64,000 nt of DNA, taken from the NCBI GenBank assembly GCA_029977705.1, contig JAPOKJ010000011.1:3014-67013 (forward strand), read 5' to 3'. Below the pieces are notes generated by a model. It saw nothing but the letters and a program-made list of their open reading frames with translations. It had not been told where the DNA came from and searched no databases. Below are positions 1 to 9,516 of this stretch, in pieces. Source of the stretch: Burkholderiales bacterium (lineage in GTDB: Bacteria; Pseudomonadota; Gammaproteobacteria; Burkholderiales; Burkholderiaceae_E). Each line of letters starts with the position of its first letter. Within the stretch, counting starts at the first letter, position 1. Both the position numbers and the translations under genes were made by a program.

Positions 1-374
1 TCAAGCAGAACAAGATGACGTATGCCCTGATGCAGAACAGCCAGGGCAGTTTCGTGACCCCGGACGATACGGCCTTCAAGGCGGCCGCCGCCGGTGCCGA
101 CTGGGCCAAGAGCTTTTACCAGATCCTGACCAATCAGCCGGGCAAGGATTCCTGGCCCCTGACCGGTGCCACCTTCATCCTGATGCACAAGGCCCAGGAC
201 AACCCGGGCAAGGCCTCTTCCGCACTCAAGTTCTTCGAGTGGGCCTACAAGAATGGCGACAAGGCGGCCGATGATCTCGACTATGTGCCGATGCCCGACA
301 CCGTCAAGACGGCCATCGTCAAGACCTGGGCCGACATCAAGGACAGCAGCGGCAAGGCGGTTCCGCTGCGTTGA
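1..374 (+). CDS. pstS: Phosphate ABC transporter substrate-binding protein PstS, C-terminal fragment (5' end outside window)
   Basis: The reading frame is open to the window edge and stops at 372-374. The translated tail (GATFILMHK...FFEWAYKNGDKAADDLDYVPMP) is PstS-like. It is followed by pstCAB-phoU. Confidence 0.85.
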   Translation, partial: KQNKMTYALMQNSQGSFVTPDDTAFKAAAAGADWAKSFYQILTNQPGKDSWPLTGATFILMHKAQDNPGKASSALKFFEWAYKNGDKAADDLDYVPMPDTVKTAIVKTWADIKDSSGKAVPLR

Positions 375-413
375 TTCCCTTTCACTTCAAGTTCGGCCAA
401 GAGGTCATGCCCT

Positions 414-1460
414 GTGTATCAGCCCATACCCGCCACCACGGCCGGCATCGATGTGCCGGACTTGAAGGCCGCCGAAACGGTTCGGCCCCGCAAGAAGGTC
501 GCCCCACCCGAGCCGCCCATGCCCTCCAATAACCGCTACGGTGACCGCCTCTTCGGTGCCGCATCCAAGGGTGCGGCATTGCTCACCCTGGGTCTGCTTT
601 TCGCGATCATCGCCTCGCTGGTGGTAGGCGCGTGGCCGGCCCTGTCCAAGTATGGGCTGGGCTTTCTGACCAGCAGCGTCTGGGATCCGGTCAAGGAGGA
701 ATTCGGTGGCCTGGTGATGATCTACGGCACCCTGAGCACCTCGCTGATCGCGCTGGTGATCGCGGTGCCGGTCAGTTTCGGCATCGCCCTGTTCCTGACT
801 GAACTGGCGCCGGGCTGGTTGCGTCGTCCCCTGGGCATCGCGATCGAGTTGCTGGCGGCCGTACCCTCGGTGGTGTATGGCATGTGGGGACTGCTGGTGT
901 TCGGGCCGATCCTGGCCCAGTATGTCCAGGCGCCGCTGCAAAAGGCCCTGGGCGGCGTCCCGGTACTCGGTGCCCTGGTCTCCGGTCCCCCGGTCGGGCT
1001 GGGCATCCTGTCGGCCGGCATCATCCTGGCGATCATGATCATTCCCTTCATCGCTTCGGTGATGCGGGACGTATTCGAAGTGACGCCGCCGCTGCTCAAG
1101 GAATCGGCCTATGGCCTGGGCAGCACGACCTGGGAGGTGATGTCCAAGGTGGTGCTGCCGTACACCAAGGCCGGCGTGGTGGGTGGCGTGATGCTGGGCC
1201 TGGGCCGTGCCCTGGGCGAGACCATGGCGGTCACTTTCGTCATCGGCAACATGAACCAACTCGACTCGCTCAGCCTGTTTCAGGCGGCCAACAGCATCAC
1301 CTCGACCCTGGCCAATGAATTTGCCGAGGCTGGCCAGGGCCTGCACCAGGCGGCGCTGATGTATCTGGGGCTGGTGCTGTTCGTCATCACCTTTGTGGTG
1401 CTGGCACTGTCCAAGCTCCTGCTGGCCCGCCTGCGTCGCGATGAAGGGAAGAAATCATGA
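414..1460 (+). CDS. pstC: Phosphate ABC transporter permease PstC
   Basis: 348-aa multi-TM ORF with a PstC-like core. The GTG start at 414 is uncertain; an in-frame ATG at 519 is an alternative. Its stop overlaps the pstA ATG (ATGA at 1457-1460). Confidence 0.88.
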   Translation: MYQPIPATTAGIDVPDLKAAETVRPRKKVAPPEPPMPSNNRYGDRLFGAASKGAALLTLGLLFAIIASLVVGAWPALSKYGLGFLTSSVWDPVKEEFGGLVMIYGTLSTSLIALVIAVPVSFGIALFLTELAPGWLRRPLGIAIELLAAVPSVVYGMWGLLVFGPILAQYVQAPLQKALGGVPVLGALVSGPPVGLGILSAGIILAIMIIPFIASVMRDVFEVTPPLLKESAYGLGSTTWEVMSKVVLPYTKAGVVGGVMLGLGRALGETMAVTFVIGNMNQLDSLSLFQAANSITSTLANEFAEAGQGLHQAALMYLGLVLFVITFVVLALSKLLLARLRRDEGKKS

Positions 1461-2344
1461 ACCCGGTCGCCTCCGATATGTCGCATGCGCCTGAGGCAGC
1501 CCCCCGGCGCTCGGCCAAGTACGCGCGGCGCAAGTTGGTCAATGCGGTTGCCCTGACCCTGTCCTTCGGGGCGATGGCCTTCGGCCTGTTCTGGCTGGCC
1601 TGGATCCTGTTCGAAACGATCCGCCTGGGCATCAGCGGCCTGAACCTGGCGACGCTCACCCAGATGACTCCGGCGCCGAACGAGGCCGGAGGACTGGCCA
1701 ATGCCATTTACGGCTCCTGCCTGATGGTTGGGCTGGCCGCGTTCGTAGGCACGCCGATCGGTGTGTTGGCCGGCATCTATCTGGCCGAGTACGACAAGGA
1801 GGGCTGGCTCGCCAACCTGACCCGCTTCGTCAATGACATCCTGCTGTCGGCACCCTCGATCGTGATCGGCTTGTTCGTGTACGCCCTGATCGTGGCCCGC
1901 TTCAAGAGTTTTTCCGGCCTGGCCGGCGTGGTGGCGCTTGCCCTGATCGTGATTCCGGTGGTGATCCGCACCACCGAGAACATGCTCGCCCTGGTGCCGG
2001 CCGGTCTGCGTGAGGCGGCCTATGCGCTGGGGACTCCGAAGTGGAAGGTGATTTCGAGCATCACCGTCAAGGCGGCAAGGGCGGGCATCGTGACCGGTGT
2101 GCTGCTGGCGGTGGCGCGCATCGCCGGCGAGACCGCGCCGCTGCTGTTCACCGCCCTGAGCAACCAGTTCTGGACCTCCAACCTGGCCGAGCCGATGGCC
2201 AGCCTGCCGGTGACCATCTTCAAGTTTGCGATGAGCCCGTATGAAAACTGGCAGCAACTGGCCTGGGCCGGGGTCTTTCTGATCACGATCGCGGTGCTTG
2301 GTCTGAACATCCTGGCGCGTGTGCTGACACGGGCCAAACACTAG
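1457..2344 (+). CDS. pstA: Phosphate ABC transporter permease PstA
   Basis: 295-aa membrane ORF, translationally coupled to pstC, in the conserved pstSCAB order. Confidence 0.9.
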   Translation: MNPVASDMSHAPEAAPRRSAKYARRKLVNAVALTLSFGAMAFGLFWLAWILFETIRLGISGLNLATLTQMTPAPNEAGGLANAIYGSCLMVGLAAFVGTPIGVLAGIYLAEYDKEGWLANLTRFVNDILLSAPSIVIGLFVYALIVARFKSFSGLAGVVALALIVIPVVIRTTENMLALVPAGLREAAYALGTPKWKVISSITVKAARAGIVTGVLLAVARIAGETAPLLFTALSNQFWTSNLAEPMASLPVTIFKFAMSPYENWQQLAWAGVFLITIAVLGLNILARVLTRAKH

Positions 2345-2417
2345 TCTTGATGCGGGCCGCTCTTCCCGGGCCTGTCATGGCCTCGGGGCGGGTGTCCGAA
2401 CTTTGCAAGGAATCGAC

Positions 2418-3203
2418 ATGAACGCAGTGGCTGAACCGCAGGTGGCCCTCAAGCCCAAGCTGAGTGTGAAGAACCTGAACTTTTATTACGGCAAGTTCCA
2501 GGCGCTCAAGAACATCAACATGGACATTCCCGAGAAGAAGGTGACTGCCTTCATCGGTCCGTCCGGCTGTGGAAAGTCGACGCTGCTGCGCACCTTCAAC
2601 CGGATGTATGAGTTGTATCCGGACCAGCGTGCCGAGGGCGTGATCGAGCTGGACGGGCAGGACCTGCTCAAGTCGCGCGAGGACGTCGCCCTGATCCGCG
2701 CCAAGGTGGGCATGGTGTTCCAGAAGCCGACGCCGTTTCCGATGTCGATCTACGAGAACATCGCCTTCGGTGTCCGCCTGTTCGAGAACCTGGGCAAGTC
2801 CGACATGGATGACCGGGTCGAGTGGGCCTTGCGCAAGGCCGCGCTGTGGAATGAGGTCAACACCAAGCTGGGGCAAAGTGGCGCCGGCTTGTCGGGCGGG
2901 CAGCAGCAGCGCCTGTGCATCGCCCGTGGCATTGCCATCAAGCCTGAGGTCCTGCTGCTCGACGAACCCTGCTCGGCGCTCGACCCGATCTCCACGGCCA
3001 AGATCGAGGAATTGATCGATGAGCTCAAGAGCGACTATACGGTGGTCATCGTCACCCACAACATGCAGCAGGCGGCGCGTTGCAGCGACTACACCGCCTA
3101 TATGTACCTGGGTGACCTGATCGAATTCGGCGAGACAGACCAGATGTTCTTCAAGCCCAAGTGCAAAGCGACGGAAGACTACATCACCGGCCGCTTCGGC
3201 TGA
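2418..3203 (+). CDS. pstB: Phosphate ABC transporter ATP-binding protein PstB
   Basis: Walker [13 protein letters not shown] signature LSGGQQQR and Walker B LLLDEP are present. ATG 2418 is preferred because AAGGA lies 6 nt upstream. Confidence 0.95.
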   Translation: MNAVAEPQVALKPKLSVKNLNFYYGKFQALKNINMDIPEKKVTAFIGPSGCGKSTLLRTFNRMYELYPDQRAEGVIELDGQDLLKSREDVALIRAKVGMVFQKPTPFPMSIYENIAFGVRLFENLGKSDMDDRVEWALRKAALWNEVNTKLGQSGAGLSGGQQQRLCIARGIAIKPEVLLLDEPCSALDPISTAKIEELIDELKSDYTVVIVTHNMQQAARCSDYTAYMYLGDLIEFGETDQMFFKPKCKATEDYITGRFG

Positions 3204-3230
3204 TCCGGTACCCTCCCCAAGGAAGATTTC

Positions 3231-3920
3231 ATGCCCCACGAACACACCACCAAGAGTTTCGATACCGACATCGAAGGCATGCGTTCCGCCGTCCTCAAGA
3301 TCGGCGGCCTGGTCGAGCAGCAACTCAAACGCGCCTGTCAGGCCATGCTTGAGGAGGATCTGCAACTGATCACCCAGGTGCTGGCCGACGAGGAAATCGT
3401 CAATCGCCTGCACACTCAGGCCGACATGCTGTGCCAGCAGATCATCGCCCTGCGACAGCCGATCGCCGTCGACCTGCGTGAGGTGATCGGGTCGCTCCAC
3501 TGCATCAATGACCTCGAGCGCATCGGGGATGAGGCCAAGAAGATCGCGCTGCGTGCACGCCGCATGGCAGAGCCGGGCGCCGAGTCATTCACGCTGCGCT
3601 GGCCCAAGGACCGCTTCCATTCGATGGCCGAGATCGCCACCCAGATGCTGTCCCCCGCGCTTGATGCCTATGCCCGCCACGACAGCAGCATCGCCGCGCA
3701 ACTGGCACGCCGCGACAAGGACCTGGACAGCCTTCGCGACCAGATGAACCAGGCCCTGCTGGGCTACATGGAAGACAACTCCAGCGATGTCCAGTACGCG
3801 ATCGAGGTGGTCTTTGCGGTGCAGGCGCTCGAGCGTATTGGCGATCACAGCAAGAACGTCTCCGAGTTCGTGTTCAATGTGGTCGAGGGCGTTGACCTGC
3901 GTCACAGCGCGGCCCTTTGA
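3231..3920 (+). CDS. phoU: Phosphate signalling complex protein PhoU
   Basis: 229-aa protein with two PhoU repeats (DLERIGDEAKKIA and ALERIGDHSKNVSE), located immediately after pstB. Confidence 0.95.
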   Translation: MPHEHTTKSFDTDIEGMRSAVLKIGGLVEQQLKRACQAMLEEDLQLITQVLADEEIVNRLHTQADMLCQQIIALRQPIAVDLREVIGSLHCINDLERIGDEAKKIALRARRMAEPGAESFTLRWPKDRFHSMAEIATQMLSPALDAYARHDSSIAAQLARRDKDLDSLRDQMNQALLGYMEDNSSDVQYAIEVVFAVQALERIGDHSKNVSEFVFNVVEGVDLRHSAAL

Positions 3921-3926
3921 GGTTCA

Positions 3927-3950
3927 CCGGCCGGCCTGCGGGCCGGCTGG
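3927..3950. terminator. GC-rich hairpin between convergent phoU and ppk (possible bidirectional terminator)
   Basis: CCGGCCGGCC-TGCG-GGCCGGCTGG forms a 10-bp stem (one G-U pair) with a 4-nt loop, in the 41-bp gap between the two stop codons. There is no U-tract. Confidence 0.45.
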
Positions 3951-3961
3951 AGCTGAACGGC

Positions 3962-5998
3962 TCAGACTTGCGGGATGGCCTGCATCAGATGCAGATGGGC
4001 ATGCGGCAGCGCACCGTCAACCGCGGTGCGGGGCTCGTAGGTGCCATCCTCGCGCATGACCCAGCTGCCTTCCCGATCCTCGAAATGAATGCGAAGGCCT
4101 TCCTGCAGCACCCTGGCCTTCAGGGCCGGGTCCTTGATCGGAAAGGCCAGTTCGACGCGGCGGAAGAAGTTGCGCTCCATCCAGTCAGAGGAGGACAGGA
4201 AGACCTCCTCGCGACCGCCCGCATGGAAGCAGAACAGGCGTGAGTGCTCCAGAAAGCGCCCGATCGTCGAACGTACCCGGATCGGGCAGTCCTTGCTGCC
4301 CAGTCCCGGAACGAGGCTGCACACGCCCCTTACCACCAGGTCGACCTTGACGCCCTCCTGGCTGGCCTCATAGAGGCTCTGGATGATGCGGGCCTCGGTC
4401 AAGGCATTGACCTTGGCGCCGATATAGGCGGGCTTGCCGGCGCGGGCCTGCGCGATTTCACCCTTGATCGCCTCGAGGATGCGCCCGTGCAGGTTGAAAG
4501 GGGCCTGCAGCAGGTCATTTAGGCGACGTGCGACCCCGACGCCCGTCAGGCGCCGGAACACCTCGTGGACATCGGCACACAGATGCTCGTCGGCCGTGAG
4601 CAGGCTGAAGTCTTCGTACAGCGTGGCGGTGCGCGGGTTGTAGTTGCCGGTACCCAGGTGGGCGTAACGCTTCAGGCGTCCACCCTCGCGACGCACGATC
4701 AGGGCCATCTTGGCGTGGGTCTTGAGGCCGACCACGCCATAGACGACATGGGCGCCGGCCTTTTCAAGGCGGTCGGCCCAGTTGATGTTGGTTTCCTCGT
4801 CAAAGCGCGCCATCAACTCGACGATGACGGTGACTTCCTTGCCGGCGCGCGCCGCCGTCTCGAGGGCGCGCATCAGCACCGAGTCGGATCCGGTCCGGTA
4901 CACCGTCTGCTTGATTGCGATGACGTTCGGATCGGTGGCAGTGCTGCCCAGGAAGTCGACCACCGGCGCAAAGGATTCGTAGGGGTGGTGGAGCAGGATG
5001 TCGCGTTCGCGCAAGGTGCTGAAGATGTCGTCGCTGCCCAGGACATGGGGTCGCGACGGCACGAAGCCGGGGTGCTTGAGGTCGGGGCGGTCGACCAGAT
5101 CGATGATCTGTGCCAGGCGCATCAGGTTCACGAAGCCTGGCACACGGTAGACGTCGCGGGCTGGCAGTTCGAACAGTTCACGCAGCAGTCTGACCAGCCG
5201 GTCAGGGATGCGTGAGGAGACCTCGAGGCGAACGGGGTCACCGAAATTGCGCTCGACCAGTTCGTCGGCCAGCGCATCGCGCTTGTCGCTGACCTCGTCC
5301 TCGTCCACAGAAATGTCGGAGTTGCGGGTGACCCGGAACTGGTGCACGCCGCGGATCTCCATGCCCGGAAACAGGTCCTGCACGAAGCCCTGTACGATCG
5401 AGCTGAGCAGCATCATGCCCTGGTAGGGGGCACTCAGTTCCTCGGGCATCTTGAGCACCCGGGGCAGGGCGCGCGGGGCCTGCACGATGGCGACCTCAGC
5501 AGCCCTGCCGAAGGCGTCGGTGCCGGACAGTTCAACAATGAAATTCAGGCTCTTGTTGAGGATGCGCGGAAACGGGTGGGCCGGATCCAGCGCGATCGGG
5601 GTGAGCAAGGGTTCGACCTCGGACTCGAAGACGCTGTGCGCCCACTGCCTGATTTGCGGCGTCCAGCTGTCCTGCAGGAAGAGCCGGATGCCCTGCGCCT
5701 CGAGGGCCGGAAAGATCTCGTCCTGCAGCAGCGCGTACTGCGCCTCGATCAGTGACTTGGCCCGTCGGGTGAGGGCATCGAGCTGCTGTTCCCCGTCCAG
5801 CGCCAGGAGGCTGTGGTCACGGATCGATTTTTGCAGCGCAGCAATGCGAACCTCGAAAAATTCATCGAGGTTGTTGCTGACGATGGAGATGAAGCGCAGG
5901 CGCTCAAGCAGCGGGACCCGCTGGTCGCGTGCCTGGGCCAGCACGCGCTCATTGAAGCCGAGGATGCCTTCTTCTCGATTGATGCTGGGTTCAGTCAT
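3962..5998 (-). CDS. ppk: Polyphosphate kinase 1
   Basis: 678 aa. The N-terminus (GFNERVLAQA...RLRFISIVSNNLDEFFEVRIA) matches the PPK1 signature, and the length matches the four-domain PPK1 architecture. Confidence 0.95.
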   Translation of the reverse strand: MTEPSINREEGILGFNERVLAQARDQRVPLLERLRFISIVSNNLDEFFEVRIAALQKSIRDHSLLALDGEQQLDALTRRAKSLIEAQYALLQDEIFPALEAQGIRLFLQDSWTPQIRQWAHSVFESEVEPLLTPIALDPAHPFPRILNKSLNFIVELSGTDAFGRAAEVAIVQAPRALPRVLKMPEELSAPYQGMMLLSSIVQGFVQDLFPGMEIRGVHQFRVTRNSDISVDEDEVSDKRDALADELVERNFGDPVRLEVSSRIPDRLVRLLRELFELPARDVYRVPGFVNLMRLAQIIDLVDRPDLKHPGFVPSRPHVLGSDDIFSTLRERDILLHHPYESFAPVVDFLGSTATDPNVIAIKQTVYRTGSDSVLMRALETAARAGKEVTVIVELMARFDEETNINWADRLEKAGAHVVYGVVGLKTHAKMALIVRREGGRLKRYAHLGTGNYNPRTATLYEDFSLLTADEHLCADVHEVFRRLTGVGVARRLNDLLQAPFNLHGRILEAIKGEIAQARAGKPAYIGAKVNALTEARIIQSLYEASQEGVKVDLVVRGVCSLVPGLGSKDCPIRVRSTIGRFLEHSRLFCFHAGGREEVFLSSSDWMERNFFRRVELAFPIKDPALKARVLQEGLRIHFEDREGSWVMREDGTYEPRTAVDGALPHAHLHLMQAIPQV

Positions 5999-6010
5999 GA
6001 CAGACTGCCC

Positions 6011-6044
6011 AGTCTAGTCTCGATGGATGACATTTTCGTGACGC
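6011..6044 (-). promoter_or_regulatory. Candidate Pho box plus -10 hexamer upstream of ppk
   Basis: On the minus strand the sequence reads GCGTCAC-gaaa-ATGTCAT (7-4-7, Pho-box-like), then 10 bp, then TAGACT, then 12 nt, then the ppk ATG (5998). Confidence 0.4.
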
Positions 6045-6127
6045 GGGTCACGTCCCGGACGCCCGAGCTGAATCATCCGCCGGACGGTGCGCAGGCCTTG
6101 TCGCCCAGGCCGGGATGTCCTGGCCGA

Positions 6128-7072
6128 TCAGGCCTGCAGGCGGGTCCGGATCGACCACAGCTCCGGGAAGAAGCGATGTTCGGTGACCTGGCGCAGCCAG
6201 TCGACCCCTGAGGAGCCGCCGGTACCCGGCTTCAGTCCGATCAGTCGTTGCACCGAGACGAAATGCCGCCAGCGGTACTGTGACATGGCGTCGGCCAGCG
6301 CCACCAGGGCCTCGGCCAGACGGTACAGGTCGTGATGCGGGCCCGGGTCCTGGTACACCTGCAGCCAGGCGTCTTCCACGCTGCCGTGAACCGTGTGGCT
6401 GACCGACCAGTCGCGATCGAGCAGGGCTGGATCGATCGCGTGCCCGCGGCGCGCCAGCAGTGCGATGACCTCGTCGTACAGGCTCTTTTCTCTCAGAGCT
6501 GACTCGATGCCGGGCCAGACATGCGGCATGTTGCGAAAGGCGCTGGCCAGGCGGCGGTTCTTGTTGCCCAGGATGAACTCGACATGGCGGTACATGAAGG
6601 ACAGTTGGCCGGAGGCCGTGCCCAGATGGTCCCGGAACTGGTTGAAGCCCTCCGGGCTGATGGTCGAGAGCACGTCCCAGGACTGGCCGATATAGAGGGC
6701 GATCGCCTTGGCGCGGGCCAGGATGTCCAGGGCATGGTCGAGGTGGTCTTCGCGGATCTGCCACTGGGCGTTGTACAGCTCGAAGTGCAGGGCCTTGAAC
6801 AGCAACTCCTTGACCTGGCCCATGGCATAGAAGATGCGCTCGTCATAGCCCTGGCTGCGCGGATGCTGGATCGAGAGCAGCAGATCGATGCTCTGGTAGT
6901 CGTTGTAGGGATTGCTGGTGCCTGCAAAGTCGACCAGAGGCTGACCTTCGGTCTGTCCGGCGGTGTCGGCGCGACTGGCGTCGCTGGTGCTGCCCATGGG
7001 GCGCTCACCGATGCCGGGCGGCACGCCCTCAGGGTCGACGATGCGGGGGTGGCGGGGCAGGTAGGCGGGCAT
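6128..7072 (-). CDS. Tryptophan 2,3-dioxygenase (TDO) superfamily heme protein, divergent
   Basis: TDO-family motifs are present: FRDHLGTASG, EFILGNKN, WRHFVSVQRLIG, GTGGSSG and FFPELW. The start is set at MPAYL (GAGGA 8 nt upstream). The longer ORF reaching 7390 would run into the neighbouring gene. Confidence 0.8.
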   Translation of the reverse strand: MPAYLPRHPRIVDPEGVPPGIGERPMGSTSDASRADTAGQTEGQPLVDFAGTSNPYNDYQSIDLLLSIQHPRSQGYDERIFYAMGQVKELLFKALHFELYNAQWQIREDHLDHALDILARAKAIALYIGQSWDVLSTISPEGFNQFRDHLGTASGQLSFMYRHVEFILGNKNRRLASAFRNMPHVWPGIESALREKSLYDEVIALLARRGHAIDPALLDRDWSVSHTVHGSVEDAWLQVYQDPGPHHDLYRLAEALVALADAMSQYRWRHFVSVQRLIGLKPGTGGSSGVDWLRQVTEHRFFPELWSIRTRLQA

Positions 7073-7191
7073 GGCGACGTCCTCGCGCCGGGCGCGGTAT
7101 GCGCCTGCGGCTGGAGACGTCAGCATACTATGGCCGCACCAGCCCCTCCTCCCCCCGGCTTCATCGCCGGCCAGGGGTGAGGAGCGCGCTC

Positions 7192-7995
7192 TCAGGCCAG
7201 TGCCGCTTCGTCCTGCCGGACTTTCTCGGCGCCCAGGAACTTGCGGGCATAGCGCCCGCTGGCGTCGCTGACCGGCAGCATCATCAGGAAATCGATCGTG
7301 CCAAATTCGGAATCGCAGTGCGGTTCGCCCATCAGTCGGGCACCTGCCCGCAGATAGCCCTTGAACAGGGGCGGGACCACCGGGTCGCATTCGGCATACA
7401 GGCTCTCGTAGGCCAGGCGCTGGCGCGGGCTGACCTGCCAGGCGGGCTCACAAAGATGGCGACGCGACAGGCTGCGGTACAGCGCAGCGGCCAGATGGCC
7501 GCCGTCGGCGGCACTGACCGAGGGGCAGCCGATCACGTAGCGCGCCGGACTGTCCTGCAGCAGCAGGCCCAGGGCGCTCCAGAGCATTCGGATCACCGTG
7601 CCATCGCGGTAGTCCGGGTGTACGCAGCTGCGCCCCAGCTCGAGCAGGCCGTCACGGATGCCCGCCAGCGGCGTCAGGTCGAATTCGCCCTCCGAGTAAT
7701 AGCGGCCGATGCGACGTGCCGCGTCCGGGTCCAGAATGCGGTAGGTGCCGACGATCTGGTCGCAGGCGTGGTCGATGACGATCAGATGCCGGCAATGGTC
7801 ATCGAACTCGTCTTCATCCAGGGTCTGGAAGGCCAGGCTGTTGAACGGAAGCTCGGTGGCGAACACGTCCTTGCGCAGCTTCTGTGCCGCGATGCGCTCG
7901 CTGCGATTGCGCGTCAGGCGTGCCTCGAGCTGTCGTTCCCTGGGACTGCCCAGATACTGGCGCGAGGTTTCCATCAGGCGTGCGATCGGGGTCAT
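7192..7995 (-). CDS. GNAT-fold N-acyltransferase of the OlsB / N-acyl amino acid synthase type (PF13444-like)
   Basis: 267 aa with an OlsB/'putative hemolysin'-like sequence: LRKDVFATEL...DEFDDHCRHLIVIDH...IVGTYRIL...YYSEGEFDL...LELGRSCVHPDYR. AAGGAG lies 7 nt before ATG 7995. Confidence 0.72.
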   Translation of the reverse strand: MTPIARLMETSRQYLGSPRERQLEARLTRNRSERIAAQKLRKDVFATELPFNSLAFQTLDEDEFDDHCRHLIVIDHACDQIVGTYRILDPDAARRIGRYYSEGEFDLTPLAGIRDGLLELGRSCVHPDYRDGTVIRMLWSALGLLLQDSPARYVIGCPSVSAADGGHLAAALYRSLSRRHLCEPAWQVSPRQRLAYESLYAECDPVVPPLFKGYLRAGARLMGEPHCDSEFGTIDFLMMLPVSDASGRYARKFLGAEKVRQDEAALA

Positions 7996-8136
7996 GGTCT
8001 TGCTCCTTGCAGTCAGGTCGTGACGGCAATACTCGCGCAAGACTGTGAAATCCCTGTGTCGATCCCGGGTCAGATCAAAGACAGCGTGTGCCGGGCATGA
8101 TGCGATGGCGGGCGCCTGACGCCCCGGTGATGGCGC

Positions 8137-9489
8137 TCAGGCCAGTGCCAGCTGCCTGGAGGCGTCGCTTTGCGGAAACAGGATGCGGCCGGCGGGAATG
8201 ACCAGGCTGAAGGTGCTGCCTTCGCCCACCCGGCTCTTGATCTCCAGTTCCATCTGGTGCCGGTTGGCAATGCGCTTGACGATGGCCAACCCCAGCCCGG
8301 TGCCACCCGAGCCGCGTGAGCGGCCACGATCGACGCGGTAAAAGCGCTCGGTCAGGCGCGGGATGTGCTCGGGCGCAATGCCCACGCCGGAATCCTCGAC
8401 GCTGATCCGTCCGACGCGATGGTCGAACTTGAAGCTGACGTTCACCTGCCCACCCTTCGGGGTGTAGCGGATGGCGTTGCTGACCAGGTTGCGCACCGCA
8501 CTGGCGAATTCGTCGGCGCTGCAGCGGATGCTGGCCGGGTGTTCGACCTTGAACTGGATGAGGTGCTGCCCCGCCGACAAGGCACGCGCTTCCTGCTCGA
8601 TGTCGGCGAACAGCCGGGTGACGTCGACATTGGTCTCGGTCTTGTCATCGATGCTGTGCTCCAGCGAGGACAGGGTGAGCAGGTCGGCCACCAGGTTCTG
8701 CATCGTCTGGCTCTGCTTGCGGATGGTTTCCAGGTGCTTGCGCTGCTCGCCCTTCTCCAGGTCCAGGTCGAGCAGGGTTTCGGTATACCCCGAGACAACG
8801 GTCAGCGGGGTGCGGATCTCGTGCGAGATATTGGCGATGAAGTCGCTCTTGACCGCATCCAGCTTGGCCTGCCGGGTGATGTCCCGTGCAATCAGCAGTT
8901 GCTGGCCGTGCTCGCCGCTGATCAGCTGCAACTGGAAAATGGCCCCGGGCCGGTTGTGCAGGCTGATCTGCATGGTCTGGACATGGCCCGCCTTGGCATG
9001 GAACTGGTTGTCCAGCAGGTCGGAAAAGCGTGGGTCGCGCAGGAAGTGGTGGATCGGCCGGTGCAGTCCCGCCGAGCCGATGAAGCCGAACAATTCCTGG
9101 GCCTGCTGGTTCGACCATTCGATGTGGCTGTACTTGTCCAGCACGACCAGGGCGTCCTCGATCTTGTCGACGGCGGTATGCACGCTGTGCAATTCGGTGC
9201 GCAGCGCTTCGGATTCGGACTTCAGGGTGTTGTAGCCCCGGCTCAGGCGCTCGAAGGCCTCGGACCAGGAGGCGCCACTGACGCCGCGGCGGGTCAGGTC
9301 ACGCCGGCTGGGCAGGGCGGCCCAGCTGGTCAGGCGGGCCAGCATCCACTGGTTGTAGGCGAAGGCGGCGATCAGGGTCAGCGCCAGCACCGCCAGGGAC
9401 CATTCGGGCTGTCGGAGCAGATACAGGGCTGCGGCCAGGAGCAGGGCGATTGCGAAGGGAACGGCGTCCCGGAGCCAGGTCGGCATCAA
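8137..9489 (-). CDS. phoR: Phosphate regulon sensor histidine kinase PhoR
   Basis: Two N-terminal TM segments, a PAS-like region, the H-box SHEIRTPLT, and a C-terminal HATPase with G-boxes. Located directly downstream of phoB. Confidence 0.9.
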   Translation of the reverse strand: MMPTWLRDAVPFAIALLLAAALYLLRQPEWSLAVLALTLIAAFAYNQWMLARLTSWAALPSRRDLTRRGVSGASWSEAFERLSRGYNTLKSESEALRTELHSVHTAVDKIEDALVVLDKYSHIEWSNQQAQELFGFIGSAGLHRPIHHFLRDPRFSDLLDNQFHAKAGHVQTMQISLHNRPGAIFQLQLISGEHGQQLLIARDITRQAKLDAVKSDFIANISHEIRTPLTVVSGYTETLLDLDLEKGEQRKHLETIRKQSQTMQNLVADLLTLSSLEHSIDDKTETNVDVTRLFADIEQEARALSAGQHLIQFKVEHPASIRCSADEFASAVRNLVSNAIRYTPKGGQVNVSFKFDHRVGRISVEDSGVGIAPEHIPRLTERFYRVDRGRSRGSGGTGLGLAIVKRIANRHQMELEIKSRVGEGSTFSLVIPAGRILFPQSDASRQLALA

Positions 9490-9516
9490 GCGGATTTTCC
9501 AGCGGAAGTTGAGAGC

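Noticed and set aside
8010-8027. A second Pho-box-like 7-4-7 element (minus strand CCGTCAC-gacc-TGACTGC) just upstream of the acyltransferase gene.
   Set aside because: It ends only about 14 nt before the ATG and abuts the AAGGAG ribosome-binding site. That leaves no room for a -10 hexamer and transcription start site, so it is probably a chance match.
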